A DNA stretch of 64,000 bases. It comes from Anaerolineae bacterium (GTDB lineage Bacteria > Chloroflexota > Anaerolineae > Anaerolineales > UBA4823). Position 1 is the stretch's first letter; the number at the start of each line of letters is the position of its first letter. Both the position numbers and the translations under genes were made by a program. The stretch covers positions 13,302 to 77,301 of the forward strand of contig JBBIVW010000007.1 in the NCBI GenBank assembly GCA_037439525.1, in the 5' to 3' direction. The notes under the pieces are model-generated. The model did not search any database. It was given only the letters and a program-made list of their open reading frames with translations, and had not been told where the DNA came from. Of this stretch, positions 42,237-51,783 are shown piece by piece.

Positions 42237-42667
42237 AAAACACTCCTTTTCCTAAAAGACATTTCAGCGCTTAGCATAGCCCGCCTAAGCAAGAAAAACG
42301 TTAATCGCGTGTAGGAAAAATATCAACATTCCTCTCTATAGCCGACCTTGACTCTGGTTGCCGGTTATCGGTTCAGAGTTGCCAAAAACTCCAAAGAGCA
42401 ACTTGAGGAAACTGGCAAGTTTCCAGCGCATCGTCGCCGGAATTAATACCCCGAATTTTTTAAGGTTTAGGCAAGCGTATGCCAGACGGGCGCAGATGTA
42501 TCAATTCCACTCCATATATCTGGGGGTGACCGGGGTCGCGATCGCCATCTTTGGCTGGTAGAACGATTACAAGGATGAGCTGCTGTCTTGTACTCCTATA
42601 ACCATTTCTTTAACGTTTCTTTACCTTAAAGGTTTGGTTTTTTTTAGGGAGGCGTAGGGTTTCCGTC

Positions 42668-42695
42668 TTGAAAAATCGATGTTTTTTGCTAAAAT
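42668..42695 (+). promoter_or_regulatory. Putative sigma70 promoter of dnaA
   Basis: TTGAAA-16 bp-TAAAAT with extended -10 TGn. Confidence 0.55.
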
Positions 42696-42842
42696 GTGTG
42701 TTGCTGTCTGAGGTGTCCTTTAGGGGTATTCCCTTCTAGTAACGACGATCAATTTCCATAGCATGGTTTTGCTTCTGAGCGAAGCGTGTTCAGAAGAGGT
42801 AGGGGAGTCTTTTTAATAACGCGATTTGAGGAGGAAGAAACG

Positions 42843-44222
42843 ATGCAGGCAGAGAGAGCATGGCAGGCTACGCTTGGACAATTGCAGATTGAAATGCCTA
42901 AGGCAGCTTTCGACACCTGGGTGCGTGAGGCAAAGTTCCTGGCTTATGAGGACGGTTCTTTTGTTATTGGTGTTGCCAACGCCTACGCCCGCGATTGGTT
43001 GGAAAGCCGGTTGAAGAGCACTGCGACGCGCCTGTTAACTGGATTAATGGGGCGGAGCGTCGAAATGCGCTTTGTCCTGTGGAAGGAGGAAGTTGCCCCC
43101 TCAGCCGAAGAGGAACCTATCCCCCTGGTTGGAGAAACGTCGTTCATTGAATACGTGGCCCAGCTTCCTGAGCACAACGATAGCCTTAACCCGCGCTACA
43201 GCTTCGAAAACTTCGTTGTGGGGACGAACAATCGCCTGGCTCATGCTGCCTCCCTGGCGGTAGCAGAAAAGCCCGCCGAGGCGTATAACCCGCTCTTCCT
43301 ATATGGAGGGGTAGGTTTGGGCAAGACCCATTTGCTCCATGCCATCGGTAATGCCTGCTTTCGCAAAGGTTTGCAGGTGCTCTATGTCTCCTCCGAAGAG
43401 TTCACCAATGATCTCATCAATGCCATTCGCGCGCACTCCACCCAGGCTTTTCGCGAGAAGTATCGCCGCATGGATGTGCTTTTAGTGGATGACATCCAAT
43501 TTATCGCCGGCAAAGAATCGACACAGGAAGAGTTCTTTCACACCTTTAATACGCTGCACGGACAAAACAAACAAATTGTGGTCACCTCCGACCGCCCGCC
43601 AAAAGCGTTGATCACCCTGGAGGAGAGGCTGTGTTCTCGCTTCGAATGGGGACTGACCGCAGATATCCAACCCCCCGATTATGAAACCCGCCTGGCAATT
43701 TTACGCTCCAAAGCAGAGCGGATGGGTGTGTGCATCGCCGACGATTTTTTGGGTGTGATTGCACGACGCGTGCAATCTAATATCCGTGAGCTGGAAGGCG
43801 CGTTGACCCGCGTGACTGCATACATGCAAATGAGTGGGCAGTCTTTGTCCCTTCCCATGGTGGAAACGATCTTGAATGACTTGCTGCCGCGGCGCAAGCA
43901 GATACACCCTCAAGAAATCATCGAATGCGTTGCCGAAGCATATCACCTCGCGCCACAAAGCCTGCTGAGCAAGAGCCGCGCCCGGCAGGTAGCTGTGCCT
44001 CGGCAAATCGCTATGTATCTGATGCGCGAATATGGCAATATCTCCCTGCCCCAAATCGGTGAGGCATTGGGGGGACGCGATCACACCACAGTGCTATACG
44101 GCTGTGAAAAGATTGCGGATATGCTGGAGAGAGACGACCGTTTGCGGAAGGAGATTTTAGAGATCAAAGAAAAGCTCTACGGAAATGCGCGCTCTTTTCA
44201 ACCCTCTTCAGTTAGTTTCTGA
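42843..44222 (+). CDS. dnaA: Chromosomal replication initiator DnaA
   Basis: YNPLFLYGGVGLGKTHL, DDIQF, QEEFFHTFN, RELEGAL, GGRDHTTV; GAGGAGG RBS. Confidence 0.98.
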   Translation: MQAERAWQATLGQLQIEMPKAAFDTWVREAKFLAYEDGSFVIGVANAYARDWLESRLKSTATRLLTGLMGRSVEMRFVLWKEEVAPSAEEEPIPLVGETSFIEYVAQLPEHNDSLNPRYSFENFVVGTNNRLAHAASLAVAEKPAEAYNPLFLYGGVGLGKTHLLHAIGNACFRKGLQVLYVSSEEFTNDLINAIRAHSTQAFREKYRRMDVLLVDDIQFIAGKESTQEEFFHTFNTLHGQNKQIVVTSDRPPKALITLEERLCSRFEWGLTADIQPPDYETRLAILRSKAERMGVCIADDFLGVIARRVQSNIRELEGALTRVTAYMQMSGQSLSLPMVETILNDLLPRRKQIHPQEIIECVAEAYHLAPQSLLSKSRARQVAVPRQIAMYLMREYGNISLPQIGEALGGRDHTTVLYGCEKIADMLERDDRLRKEILEIKEKLYGNARSFQPSSVSF

Positions 44223-44247
44223 AGTATTTGTTTTCGATCTTCCTTAG

Positions 44248-44272
44248 AGGCGGCAACGAAGCCGCCTTTTTT
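44248..44272 (+). terminator. Rho-independent terminator of dnaA
   Basis: AGGCGGC-aacgaa-GCCGCCT followed by a T-run. Confidence 0.85.
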
Positions 44273-45500
44273 ATCCTTGTTTCTTTTTCCAGGGGTCTAT
44301 TTGCCGCAGGATTTTCCAGATCAGGTCGGCAAGCGCCGTTACAGCCCTCCATAAAGATGGTTTGGGTCCAGGAGGTGGCTCTTCTTCTGGCCAGGGGTCA
44401 AGGTCGAGCATTTTACGGGTGATGTAACGCGCGAGCATGTTGCCGGTCGCCAACGTAGGGGCAGCGATCACCAGACCGACAAGCCCGATCATGCGCGCCG
44501 CGATGAGCGCCGTGATGAGCACTCCTGCCGGGTGTACGCCTAGCGTGCGCCCTAAAAGGCGTGGAACAATGAGGTTGTCCATCACCTGGTCGAGCAACAG
44601 GCATGCAGCTAATACGACCAGGGTGTATTGTACTGTGGACAGACTAAAATAGTTGCTGCTTTGCACGAAGGCGACAATCGCTGTCGCCGACCAGGTGATC
44701 ATTGGCCCCACCCAGGGGATGAAGCGCGCCAGGCCAGCCATCACAGCAATTGCCAGAGTCAGACGTGTCCCTAAAATCGTAAGCAAGAGGTAATACGCCA
44801 GGATGACCACCAAAGAGATCATCAACTGCCCTCGTAAGAAGGCATCCCATATTTTGCTCAGTTCCCTACCCAGGCGCTGAATGTCCTCGCTGTACCCGGG
44901 GATTTCGATGCGCAGGATGTTTTCGCGCAGTTGCCCGGCTTCAGAAAGCAAAAAGTAAGAGATCAGGAGGATGAAAGCCCCCCATCCCAGGGTAGAAGCC
45001 GCGCTGGTGGCCACTCTGCTGACCAGCGTGCCTGCCTGCCCGAGGAGAGGTTGGACGACGCCCAGGATTTGCTGAGTGAGACTGGCAAGGTCAAACTGAC
45101 TCAAATCAAGTTGGAAGGGCCCAATTGTGAAAACCTTTCCGGAAATTTCGGTTACCATTTCTGGTAAGCTGCCGGCAAAGCTTTGCAGAAAAGCGATCAG
45201 GCTTTGCGCTTGTTGCACTATTCCCAGCCCTGCGAGGGTGAGAATTGTAGCGAGGAGGATAACCAATATAAGGTAAACCAGGTTGACGGAAGCGCGCCAG
45301 GACAACCTGGTGGTTCGGTTTAACCACGCCGCCAGGGGATGGAAGACATACGCCAGGATGAAAGCCAGTAGGAGTGGGCCGATGAGCTGCCGGAAATAGA
45401 AAACTGCCGCAGCAAACAAAAGAAGCATGGACAAGCCGACTACCGATTTTGTGGTGGACGACCATCTTGGTGAGCGCGTGTCCAGAGGGGCATTGCTCAT
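44271..45500 (-). CDS. AI-2E family transporter
   Basis: LAFILAY..P, FLRGQL, FIPWVG, PRLLG..LGVHP. Confidence 0.9.
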   Translation of the reverse strand: MSNAPLDTRSPRWSSTTKSVVGLSMLLLFAAAVFYFRQLIGPLLLAFILAYVFHPLAAWLNRTTRLSWRASVNLVYLILVILLATILTLAGLGIVQQAQSLIAFLQSFAGSLPEMVTEISGKVFTIGPFQLDLSQFDLASLTQQILGVVQPLLGQAGTLVSRVATSAASTLGWGAFILLISYFLLSEAGQLRENILRIEIPGYSEDIQRLGRELSKIWDAFLRGQLMISLVVILAYYLLLTILGTRLTLAIAVMAGLARFIPWVGPMITWSATAIVAFVQSSNYFSLSTVQYTLVVLAACLLLDQVMDNLIVPRLLGRTLGVHPAGVLITALIAARMIGLVGLVIAAPTLATGNMLARYITRKMLDLDPWPEEEPPPGPKPSLWRAVTALADLIWKILRQIDPWKKKQG

Positions 45501-46669
45501 TCTTCACGCCCTTCTTGAGCGACAGGTCTCTCAACGCGCGGCGGCTGCTTCCGCCACCATCGCGGGTTCGGCGGCGGCAGGGAGGGGGCGATTGGGGTTG
45601 GGAAGGGATCCCGGTCAAACAGCTGGGCGTAGAGATAGCGCCCCAGGACGCGCGCTGAAGCGATGGTAGGCGCTGCCAACAAGATGCCTAAAACGCCAGC
45701 CAACAGCGCCCCGGAAACGATCCCCAGGATTACGACCAGGGGCGGCAGGTGTACCCGCCGGCCAATGACGCGCGGGATGAGATAGTTTAAATCGAATTGT
45801 TGAAAGAAAATGTGTAAGGCGATGATCAAAAGCGTAAAAACCCAATTGGGGATGTCCAGCCATGTCGAGCCGGCGAAAAGGGCGACAATAGAAGCCATAG
45901 TCAGCCAGATACCATGACCGATGCTGGGTAAAAACTCTAGCAAACCAGCCATCACGGCCATAGTAAGCGCAAAGGGCATCCCGATGATCAGACCAATAAC
46001 TGCAAAGATGATCGTCACGATCAACGCCAGGAGAAGCTGGCCGCGGAAAAACGCCTGCCAAATTAGGTTGATCTCAGAGCGTAAGCGCACAAAGTCGTTG
46101 TGGTATGCAGCTGGCACGAGTTCTTCAAGCCATGTTTGCAATGCCTGGCCGTCTTTCACCAGGTAGAATGAGACGACAATGATGAAAATCACCCATACCA
46201 GGGAGGAGATCGCTTCGATGAGGAAACTGAAGGTTTGCCCAACAATCGGCTCTGCCAATTGTTGAATAGAACCTACTGCCTCCTGGAGCAAGGCATCCAC
46301 ATCGAGCGTTTGCCCTAAAATGGTGTATTGGCTTCCCAGGATGGATTCTACCTGTTGGACGAAGCTCTGTAAATCCAGGTTGAGGCGACTGGCTTGGGCA
46401 GCCAGCGGAGGGAGGAATAATAGGGGAATTGTGGCAATGAACAAGGCGACGAGCAGATAGGTGGATAGCGATGCCAGGGAGCGTCTCAAACGTAACCGAT
46501 CTTCGAACCAATTGACGATGGGGTTCAGGATGTAGGCAAGCATGAAAGCCAATATCAGCGGCTTGAGAACGGCGCTGAAGCGGTACAGCAAGTACACGCC
46601 GAGCGATAGCAGTAAGAGAGCGACAGTGAGCTTGGTGGTAGAAGACCAACGCGGAGGCACGGTTTGCAT
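45497..46669 (-). CDS. AI-2E family transporter
   Basis: LAFMLAYILNP, FFRGQL, EFLPSIG, PRVIG..VHLPP. Confidence 0.9.
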   Translation of the reverse strand: MQTVPPRWSSTTKLTVALLLLSLGVYLLYRFSAVLKPLILAFMLAYILNPIVNWFEDRLRLRRSLASLSTYLLVALFIATIPLLFLPPLAAQASRLNLDLQSFVQQVESILGSQYTILGQTLDVDALLQEAVGSIQQLAEPIVGQTFSFLIEAISSLVWVIFIIVVSFYLVKDGQALQTWLEELVPAAYHNDFVRLRSEINLIWQAFFRGQLLLALIVTIIFAVIGLIIGMPFALTMAVMAGLLEFLPSIGHGIWLTMASIVALFAGSTWLDIPNWVFTLLIIALHIFFQQFDLNYLIPRVIGRRVHLPPLVVILGIVSGALLAGVLGILLAAPTIASARVLGRYLYAQLFDRDPFPTPIAPSLPPPNPRWWRKQPPRVERPVAQEGREE

Positions 46670-46771
46670 GACATCATTCTATTCGTTTTTTGGGTTTTTG
46701 GCAATTAAGAGAAAATGCCCGGCCGCAGAGGTGGGTAATGGTGCAGCCGGGCAGTGAAGGGGGGAGGGGAT

Positions 46772-46972
46772 TTAACGCAGGATGAAAGACAATACGATAA
46801 GGATGAAAAAGAAAGTGCCTGCCAACGTACCAATGCGGCGTAGGTCCTTTTTGGTTTGACTGTAATCGGGATTGAATTCCTTTTCTACCTTTACCGTTTG
46901 ACTTACAGTAGCGTTGGAAGGCGCAGACCCTTTTGTTCTCCTGCGTGCGCTATATTTGTTCTTTTTTGCCAT
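46772..46972 (-). CDS. Small membrane protein (basic N-terminus, single C-terminal TM)
   Basis: 66 aa MAKKNKY...DLRRIGTLAGTFFFILIVLSFILR; AGGAG RBS. Confidence 0.7.
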   Translation of the reverse strand: MAKKNKYSARRRTKGSAPSNATVSQTVKVEKEFNPDYSQTKKDLRRIGTLAGTFFFILIVLSFILR

Positions 46973-47003
46973 AGTTCTTTGCTCCTGATTGAAGGTTATA
47001 GAT

Positions 47004-47915
47004 TTATGGATTGACCTGCAAGCGTGCAATGACCACGATGCGTTGGTTATCTACCAAATAAGGGTAACACGAAATTAGCGTGACCGTTGGTTGTGCGGTG
47101 GGTGCCATGACCTCAACTGCAGTAGGAGCGACGATTTTCGTCTCAATCACGATGTACGTATAGACTCGCTGAGCGGTATGGATGATGATCAAGTCGCCCG
47201 GCCTCAGACGGTCCAGGTCGCGAAAGATCTCACCAAAGATATCGTTGTGTGCCGAAAGCACCAGATTGCCGGTTTCGCCGGGGTTTGCCGAACCCGGGTG
47301 CTGTCCGACGCCTTTTTTGAGCTGTTCCCAACCATCCCCTTGAACGACAGGCGCATCTACCTGGATTGCGGGAATTTGGATGCGGATGGCTTGTTCGGGG
47401 CCAGGTGTTGGTAGAGTGAGGCTGACCATGGATTGCACCAGGGGGCGCAGATGCTCAGGGATTTCTGCCTCATTGAAACGCGCTCCCCCAGGCGAGTTCG
47501 GAGGTGTGTGGCCCGAGGGGAGGACTACCGCCGTGATCAGCGGAGTGGGGGTAAGGGTGGGTTGCTCCAGGGCTGCGACCACTTCCTGATTGAGCTCTTT
47601 AATGAGGTTCAACCCGTTGAACAGTATGTAAAGGAAACCAAGTACCGCGCTGATCTCGACTAACAGCAGCAATGCATCCAGGATGCGCCGGGAGCGCGGC
47701 GGTTTGACAGTGGCTTGTTCCTCCTCTTCGTCCTCTACGGGTAACGCACGCCAGGTTGTGGTATCGGAAGGCAAAACATCGGAGCTCAGCGTGACCGCGC
47801 GACCGGTGCGCCGATAGCGTTCTAACCGCTCATGGCGCGCCGATCGGCGCTTCTCCACTAAGAGCCAACGTAGTTCTTCGTCTGATAAGTCCTGGGGCAG
47901 TACTTTTTTTGGCAC
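47004..47915 (-). CDS. Sortase (class D/E-like)
   Basis: TM anchor, catalytic His (LSAHND), TLISC, Arg (QRIVV). Confidence 0.92.
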   Translation of the reverse strand: MPKKVLPQDLSDEELRWLLVEKRRSARHERLERYRRTGRAVTLSSDVLPSDTTTWRALPVEDEEEEQATVKPPRSRRILDALLLLVEISAVLGFLYILFNGLNLIKELNQEVVAALEQPTLTPTPLITAVVLPSGHTPPNSPGGARFNEAEIPEHLRPLVQSMVSLTLPTPGPEQAIRIQIPAIQVDAPVVQGDGWEQLKKGVGQHPGSANPGETGNLVLSAHNDIFGEIFRDLDRLRPGDLIIIHTAQRVYTYIVIETKIVAPTAVEVMAPTAQPTVTLISCYPYLVDNQRIVVIARLQVNP

Positions 47916-48035
47916 GGGCAGGATTATACCATTTTGAGCGCGTTCAAGCTCGCCTGTCTACCCGTGTTTGCGAAGCAGTGCAAAGAAAGAGGGTGTTGAC
48001 TTGTGGCAGATTTTCAGAACACCAAGCCTTTGCGG

Positions 48036-50522
48036 CTATGGGGTTTGATACCCTGGAAATTCCAATGTCTCTTGGCCAATTTGCGCCTGGTAGTACGGCA
48101 CCCAGGCAACGCCGAAAAGTTCGAGGAGCACATCCTTCTTATAGGGCGTCAGGGTGATTTCGACGAATGATCCGGCAGCTTCTCCCCAACGGGCGCGCGC
48201 CTCTTCCAAGGCGTGGTTCTTTTCAGCCTCAAGCTCGGCAATTTGTGTCTTCAGGCGTTTGATTTCAGCCACGGATTCGTCAATGTCGGCTTTGGCTTTG
48301 GCAGTCATGCGTCGCTTGGTGAGCGATGTGGTGAGACGCCGCCGCCTGCCACCAATCAAGCCGAGGATGTTTTCAGCGTGAGTGCCCATTTCCTCTAGCT
48401 TCCGCTGTGAATACTCACTTTCATCTTCAGCCAGCTCTCTTTCTTCTCTTTCCAGCTTCGTTTGCAGAGTGCGAAGCTGTTTTTCGAAATCCTTTTCGAA
48501 CTTCTTCGATTCCTCGCGAAAGGCTTTGTCTGCGGCTTCGGAGCACAGCGTGTGAAACTCGGCCGTCGTCATATCTGGGGAAGCATACAGCTTGAGAGCT
48601 TCATTGGCTTTGATCTTAATCGGGCTGTTCTGAAAAGCCCAATCCAGGAATTGCCTCTCCAGAGTTTTCAATGAAGCTGCCTGGGTTAGTATGGCTGGCA
48701 AGGAGGCGAAACGCGCCTCTGGAAGCGGTTCGTCCTCCAGAGACTCGGGGTCGATGGGTGCCGCCAGGAAGTCGCTCCAGCGAATAATGCCACGGCGTTC
48801 GGCGGTGTGCACCAGCGCAGTGTGCACCGTTTCGAAATCCAGGTTGTATTTGAGTTGGACATATCGCACGCGTGCCTGGGCAAGCAGAGCGGGATGATAC
48901 ATCATTCCGCTGGGTTTGGCTTGAGAAAGGCCTTCCTTTGCAGCTTTTTTCAGCGCCTGAGCAAAGCTCACATTGTTTGGCAGAAAGTATTCGGCAATGC
49001 CAGCGGGTAAAGCGGGGCGCGTGCTGGTTCCGGAGAGAGTGACGGAAGGGCGCGGCTTTTCGGATGAGGGTTTGGGTGGCAAAGGCCCTTCCACGTCAAC
49101 CGCTGCGGTTTCCTGGGTGGCGCCAACTAACTGGTTGAGCATTGGGATGTGTGTGCGCGTCAATGGGCCGGCGAGGTAGTTCATCGCCCACCGGGTTTGA
49201 AAGACTTGGGGCTCTTTTTCGTGCACGTTGTGCAGCAGAAAGACGCGCTTCCCTAAAGCCGAAATAATAGCATCATAACGGGAGCGGTTCATCGCTCCAG
49301 CCATCGCCCCTTCAAGGCCATCCAATAGGCGCTGTTTATCCTGATCGGTTTGTAGCTTGCCGATGAACCAACTCCCTGCATTGGAGAGCGCTTTGTAGTC
49401 TAAATCTACCGGGTTTTGCGTGACCAGCACCTGCCCAATGCCAAAAGCCCGTGCCTGTTTGAGCATGCGCAGTATGAATTGTTTGGACGGCGGGTTGGCA
49501 ACCGGGGGCAGATAGCCAAAGATTTCGTCAAAATACACAATGGCGCGCAGCGAGGTTGTGCCACTTTGTACCCGCATCCAGCTCTCCACGGCAGTGTATA
49601 ACAAGGTGACGAAGAACATGCGCTCGGCGTCATTGAGGTGTGCCAGGTAGAAGACGCTATGGCGCGGGCGACCATCCGGGGTGTACAGCAGACTGCCGAT
49701 TTCTAACGGCTGCCCCTCGATCCAGGTTTGAAAAGCCGGCGCTGCCAGGATGTTATTCAACATCATAGCCAGCTCGAAGCGCTCTTTCTCCGGGTAGAAG
49801 GTGTTCACATCGAACACACCCAGCTTGTCAAAAGGTGGATTTTGAGTCTTTAAGATTAGCTCGCCCAGGTTTAAGTCTTTTGCCTGGCTCCAGGTATGTT
49901 CAAAGATATTTGCCAGCAGGATGTGTTCACGCGAGCGAACCGGATCGATGTCTTTAACACCTACCAGTCCTAAAATGGCCGTTACAGTGCCGGAGATTTT
50001 CTCGCGCAGCAACTCACGGTTGGCCTCCCAGGATATTTCGGGAGCTTTAAGCGACGCCAGGATGCTCACCGGCAGTCCCGCGTCGGAACCTGGGGTGTAC
50101 ACGGCAAACTGAGCCGCCTCGCGTAGCGCCTGAAGACGCTCAGGCTGAATGTCCCACTTCGCCAGTCCCTCTCTCCATTGGTTTGCGGCTTTTTCAGCCG
50201 CCTGGGCCAGGGATAGCCCCTCACGGCGCGCCTCATCCGGATTGACCCAGGGCTGAAAGTCTTGGGGGAGCAATTCGGGAAAATGCAACAGCGTGTTGGT
50301 AACGTCGCCTTTTGGATCGATCATCAGCGCAGGGATGTTGTTTAGCGCGGCTTCTTCCAAAAGGTTCACGCAAAGCCCGGTCTTTCCTGAACCGGTCATG
50401 CCTACCACAACCGCATGGGTGGTGAGGTCGTCCGCTTCATAAAGGAGCGGTTGTTCTGTTACCTGAGCCTTTTTCAGGTCGTAGAGACGTCCAAGATAAA
50501 ATTTTCCTTTTGTCTCGATCAT
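48036..50522 (-). CDS. HerA/FtsK-like (DUF87/DUF853-type) ATPase with C-terminal coiled coil
   Basis: THAVVVGMTGSGKT, IDPKGD, YFDE, KQARAFG, TQNP; GGAGGA RBS. Confidence 0.85.
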   Translation of the reverse strand: MIETKGKFYLGRLYDLKKAQVTEQPLLYEADDLTTHAVVVGMTGSGKTGLCVNLLEEAALNNIPALMIDPKGDVTNTLLHFPELLPQDFQPWVNPDEARREGLSLAQAAEKAANQWREGLAKWDIQPERLQALREAAQFAVYTPGSDAGLPVSILASLKAPEISWEANRELLREKISGTVTAILGLVGVKDIDPVRSREHILLANIFEHTWSQAKDLNLGELILKTQNPPFDKLGVFDVNTFYPEKERFELAMMLNNILAAPAFQTWIEGQPLEIGSLLYTPDGRPRHSVFYLAHLNDAERMFFVTLLYTAVESWMRVQSGTTSLRAIVYFDEIFGYLPPVANPPSKQFILRMLKQARAFGIGQVLVTQNPVDLDYKALSNAGSWFIGKLQTDQDKQRLLDGLEGAMAGAMNRSRYDAIISALGKRVFLLHNVHEKEPQVFQTRWAMNYLAGPLTRTHIPMLNQLVGATQETAAVDVEGPLPPKPSSEKPRPSVTLSGTSTRPALPAGIAEYFLPNNVSFAQALKKAAKEGLSQAKPSGMMYHPALLAQARVRYVQLKYNLDFETVHTALVHTAERRGIIRWSDFLAAPIDPESLEDEPLPEARFASLPAILTQAASLKTLERQFLDWAFQNSPIKIKANEALKLYASPDMTTAEFHTLCSEAADKAFREESKKFEKDFEKQLRTLQTKLEREERELAEDESEYSQRKLEEMGTHAENILGLIGGRRRRLTTSLTKRRMTAKAKADIDESVAEIKRLKTQIAELEAEKNHALEEARARWGEAAGSFVEITLTPYKKDVLLELFGVAWVPYYQAQIGQETLEFPGYQTP

Positions 50523-50624
50523 GCGCTCTCCTCCGGTGTGCATCCCATGATTCAGCTTTTATTATACTCTCGACTTGTTTTGCTGCCTGAGCTTGCTCAA
50601 TTTGTAAAGCGCACCTCCCTACGC

Positions 50625-51707
50625 CTATCTATTTGCCAGGGCATAGATGCGCTCAAATTCCTCCATGAAGGCACGAGCAATTTCTGCGCTGTGTAAGATG
50701 AGGGTGTTTTCATCGTTGCGCTCTTCTGCGTTCTTACTGAAGTTATATGAGCCAAGCACAACGATGCGCTCGTCCAGGATAAGGACTTTGTGGTGCATAT
50801 TTTGCGCATTGCCGTCCAGGTGGACATCCAGACCTGCGGAGAGGAGGCGATCGAAGTCGCCTCCTATGTTGGATTGATATTGCGAAAATTCGAAAACCCC
50901 ACGCACCTGTACTCCGGCGCGGGCGCGGCTGAGGATGGCGCTGGTCAACTCGTCAGAAGTGAAGGAATATGCCAGGATGAGAATGCTGTGCCGTGCCTCG
51001 CGCACTAGTTCGAGCAAACGTGATAGAGTGTGATCTTCAGGGGAGAAGAAGACCTCTACCTGCACACCCTCCAGGGTGAACTTTGGAAAGGGAGTAAGAG
51101 CTGGTGAACCTGGGCCAAAGCGATCTTCCACAAACATCTCTTCGAATTCTGCGGTGTAGTCAGCAGCCAGTTGCGTGGAACGCAAGCGAACGAGATGATT
51201 GTTGTTGTGATAAGCGTCATTGATGGTGAAGTTCATCGAACCGGTCCAAACCTCATAGCGATCAATGACGACGAACTTGTTGTGCATCAACCCTTCACGG
51301 CGGTCACCCAGCACAGGTATGCCCGCGGCTAGCACCTCTTGAATTTCGCGTTCGTCCAAATATTCGCTTTCCGTGACCACGCGCACAGCTACCCCGCGGC
51401 GGTGCGCGGCGATGAGCGCATCGCGTATGCTCCACAGGTTGAGTTGCATGACTGCCACGTCAACGCTCAGGCGCGCCTCGCGAATGGCTTCTGCCAGAGG
51501 GCGATCGGCACCACCACGCAGGGTCTGGCTACCGGGCGAGAGCGGATCGGTGAAATACAGGCTATACCAGCTTACTTCAGCCTGGGTAGAAACAGGGCTT
51601 GTGTTGGATGGCGGGGTTTCACTATACCCCAGACAGCCGGATATGAGTTGTATTACCAAAAGGAGGCTGAATAATTTTTGCTCGTAGAGGAAGCGATGAA
51701 GTTTCAT
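50625..51707 (-). CDS. Phospholipase D-family (nuclease-like) lipoprotein with two HKD motifs
   Basis: Lipobox ISGC; HNKFVVID...GSMN and HHKVLILD...GSYNFS...NDEN. Confidence 0.88.
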   Translation of the reverse strand: MKLHRFLYEQKLFSLLLVIQLISGCLGYSETPPSNTSPVSTQAEVSWYSLYFTDPLSPGSQTLRGGADRPLAEAIREARLSVDVAVMQLNLWSIRDALIAAHRRGVAVRVVTESEYLDEREIQEVLAAGIPVLGDRREGLMHNKFVVIDRYEVWTGSMNFTINDAYHNNNHLVRLRSTQLAADYTAEFEEMFVEDRFGPGSPALTPFPKFTLEGVQVEVFFSPEDHTLSRLLELVREARHSILILAYSFTSDELTSAILSRARAGVQVRGVFEFSQYQSNIGGDFDRLLSAGLDVHLDGNAQNMHHKVLILDERIVVLGSYNFSKNAEERNDENTLILHSAEIARAFMEEFERIYALANR

Positions 51708-51783
51708 CTAAAAATGATTACCCAGGAAGATGTCGTATTTGGCTGCCCGATAAACGCTCGAGAGCGATTATAGCAGATGGAGT

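Noticed and set aside
42237-42842. oriC next to dnaA; CIRCE upstream of dnaK
   Set aside because: No TTWTNCACA boxes found on either strand; TTAGCATAG at about 42271 has no matching second arm
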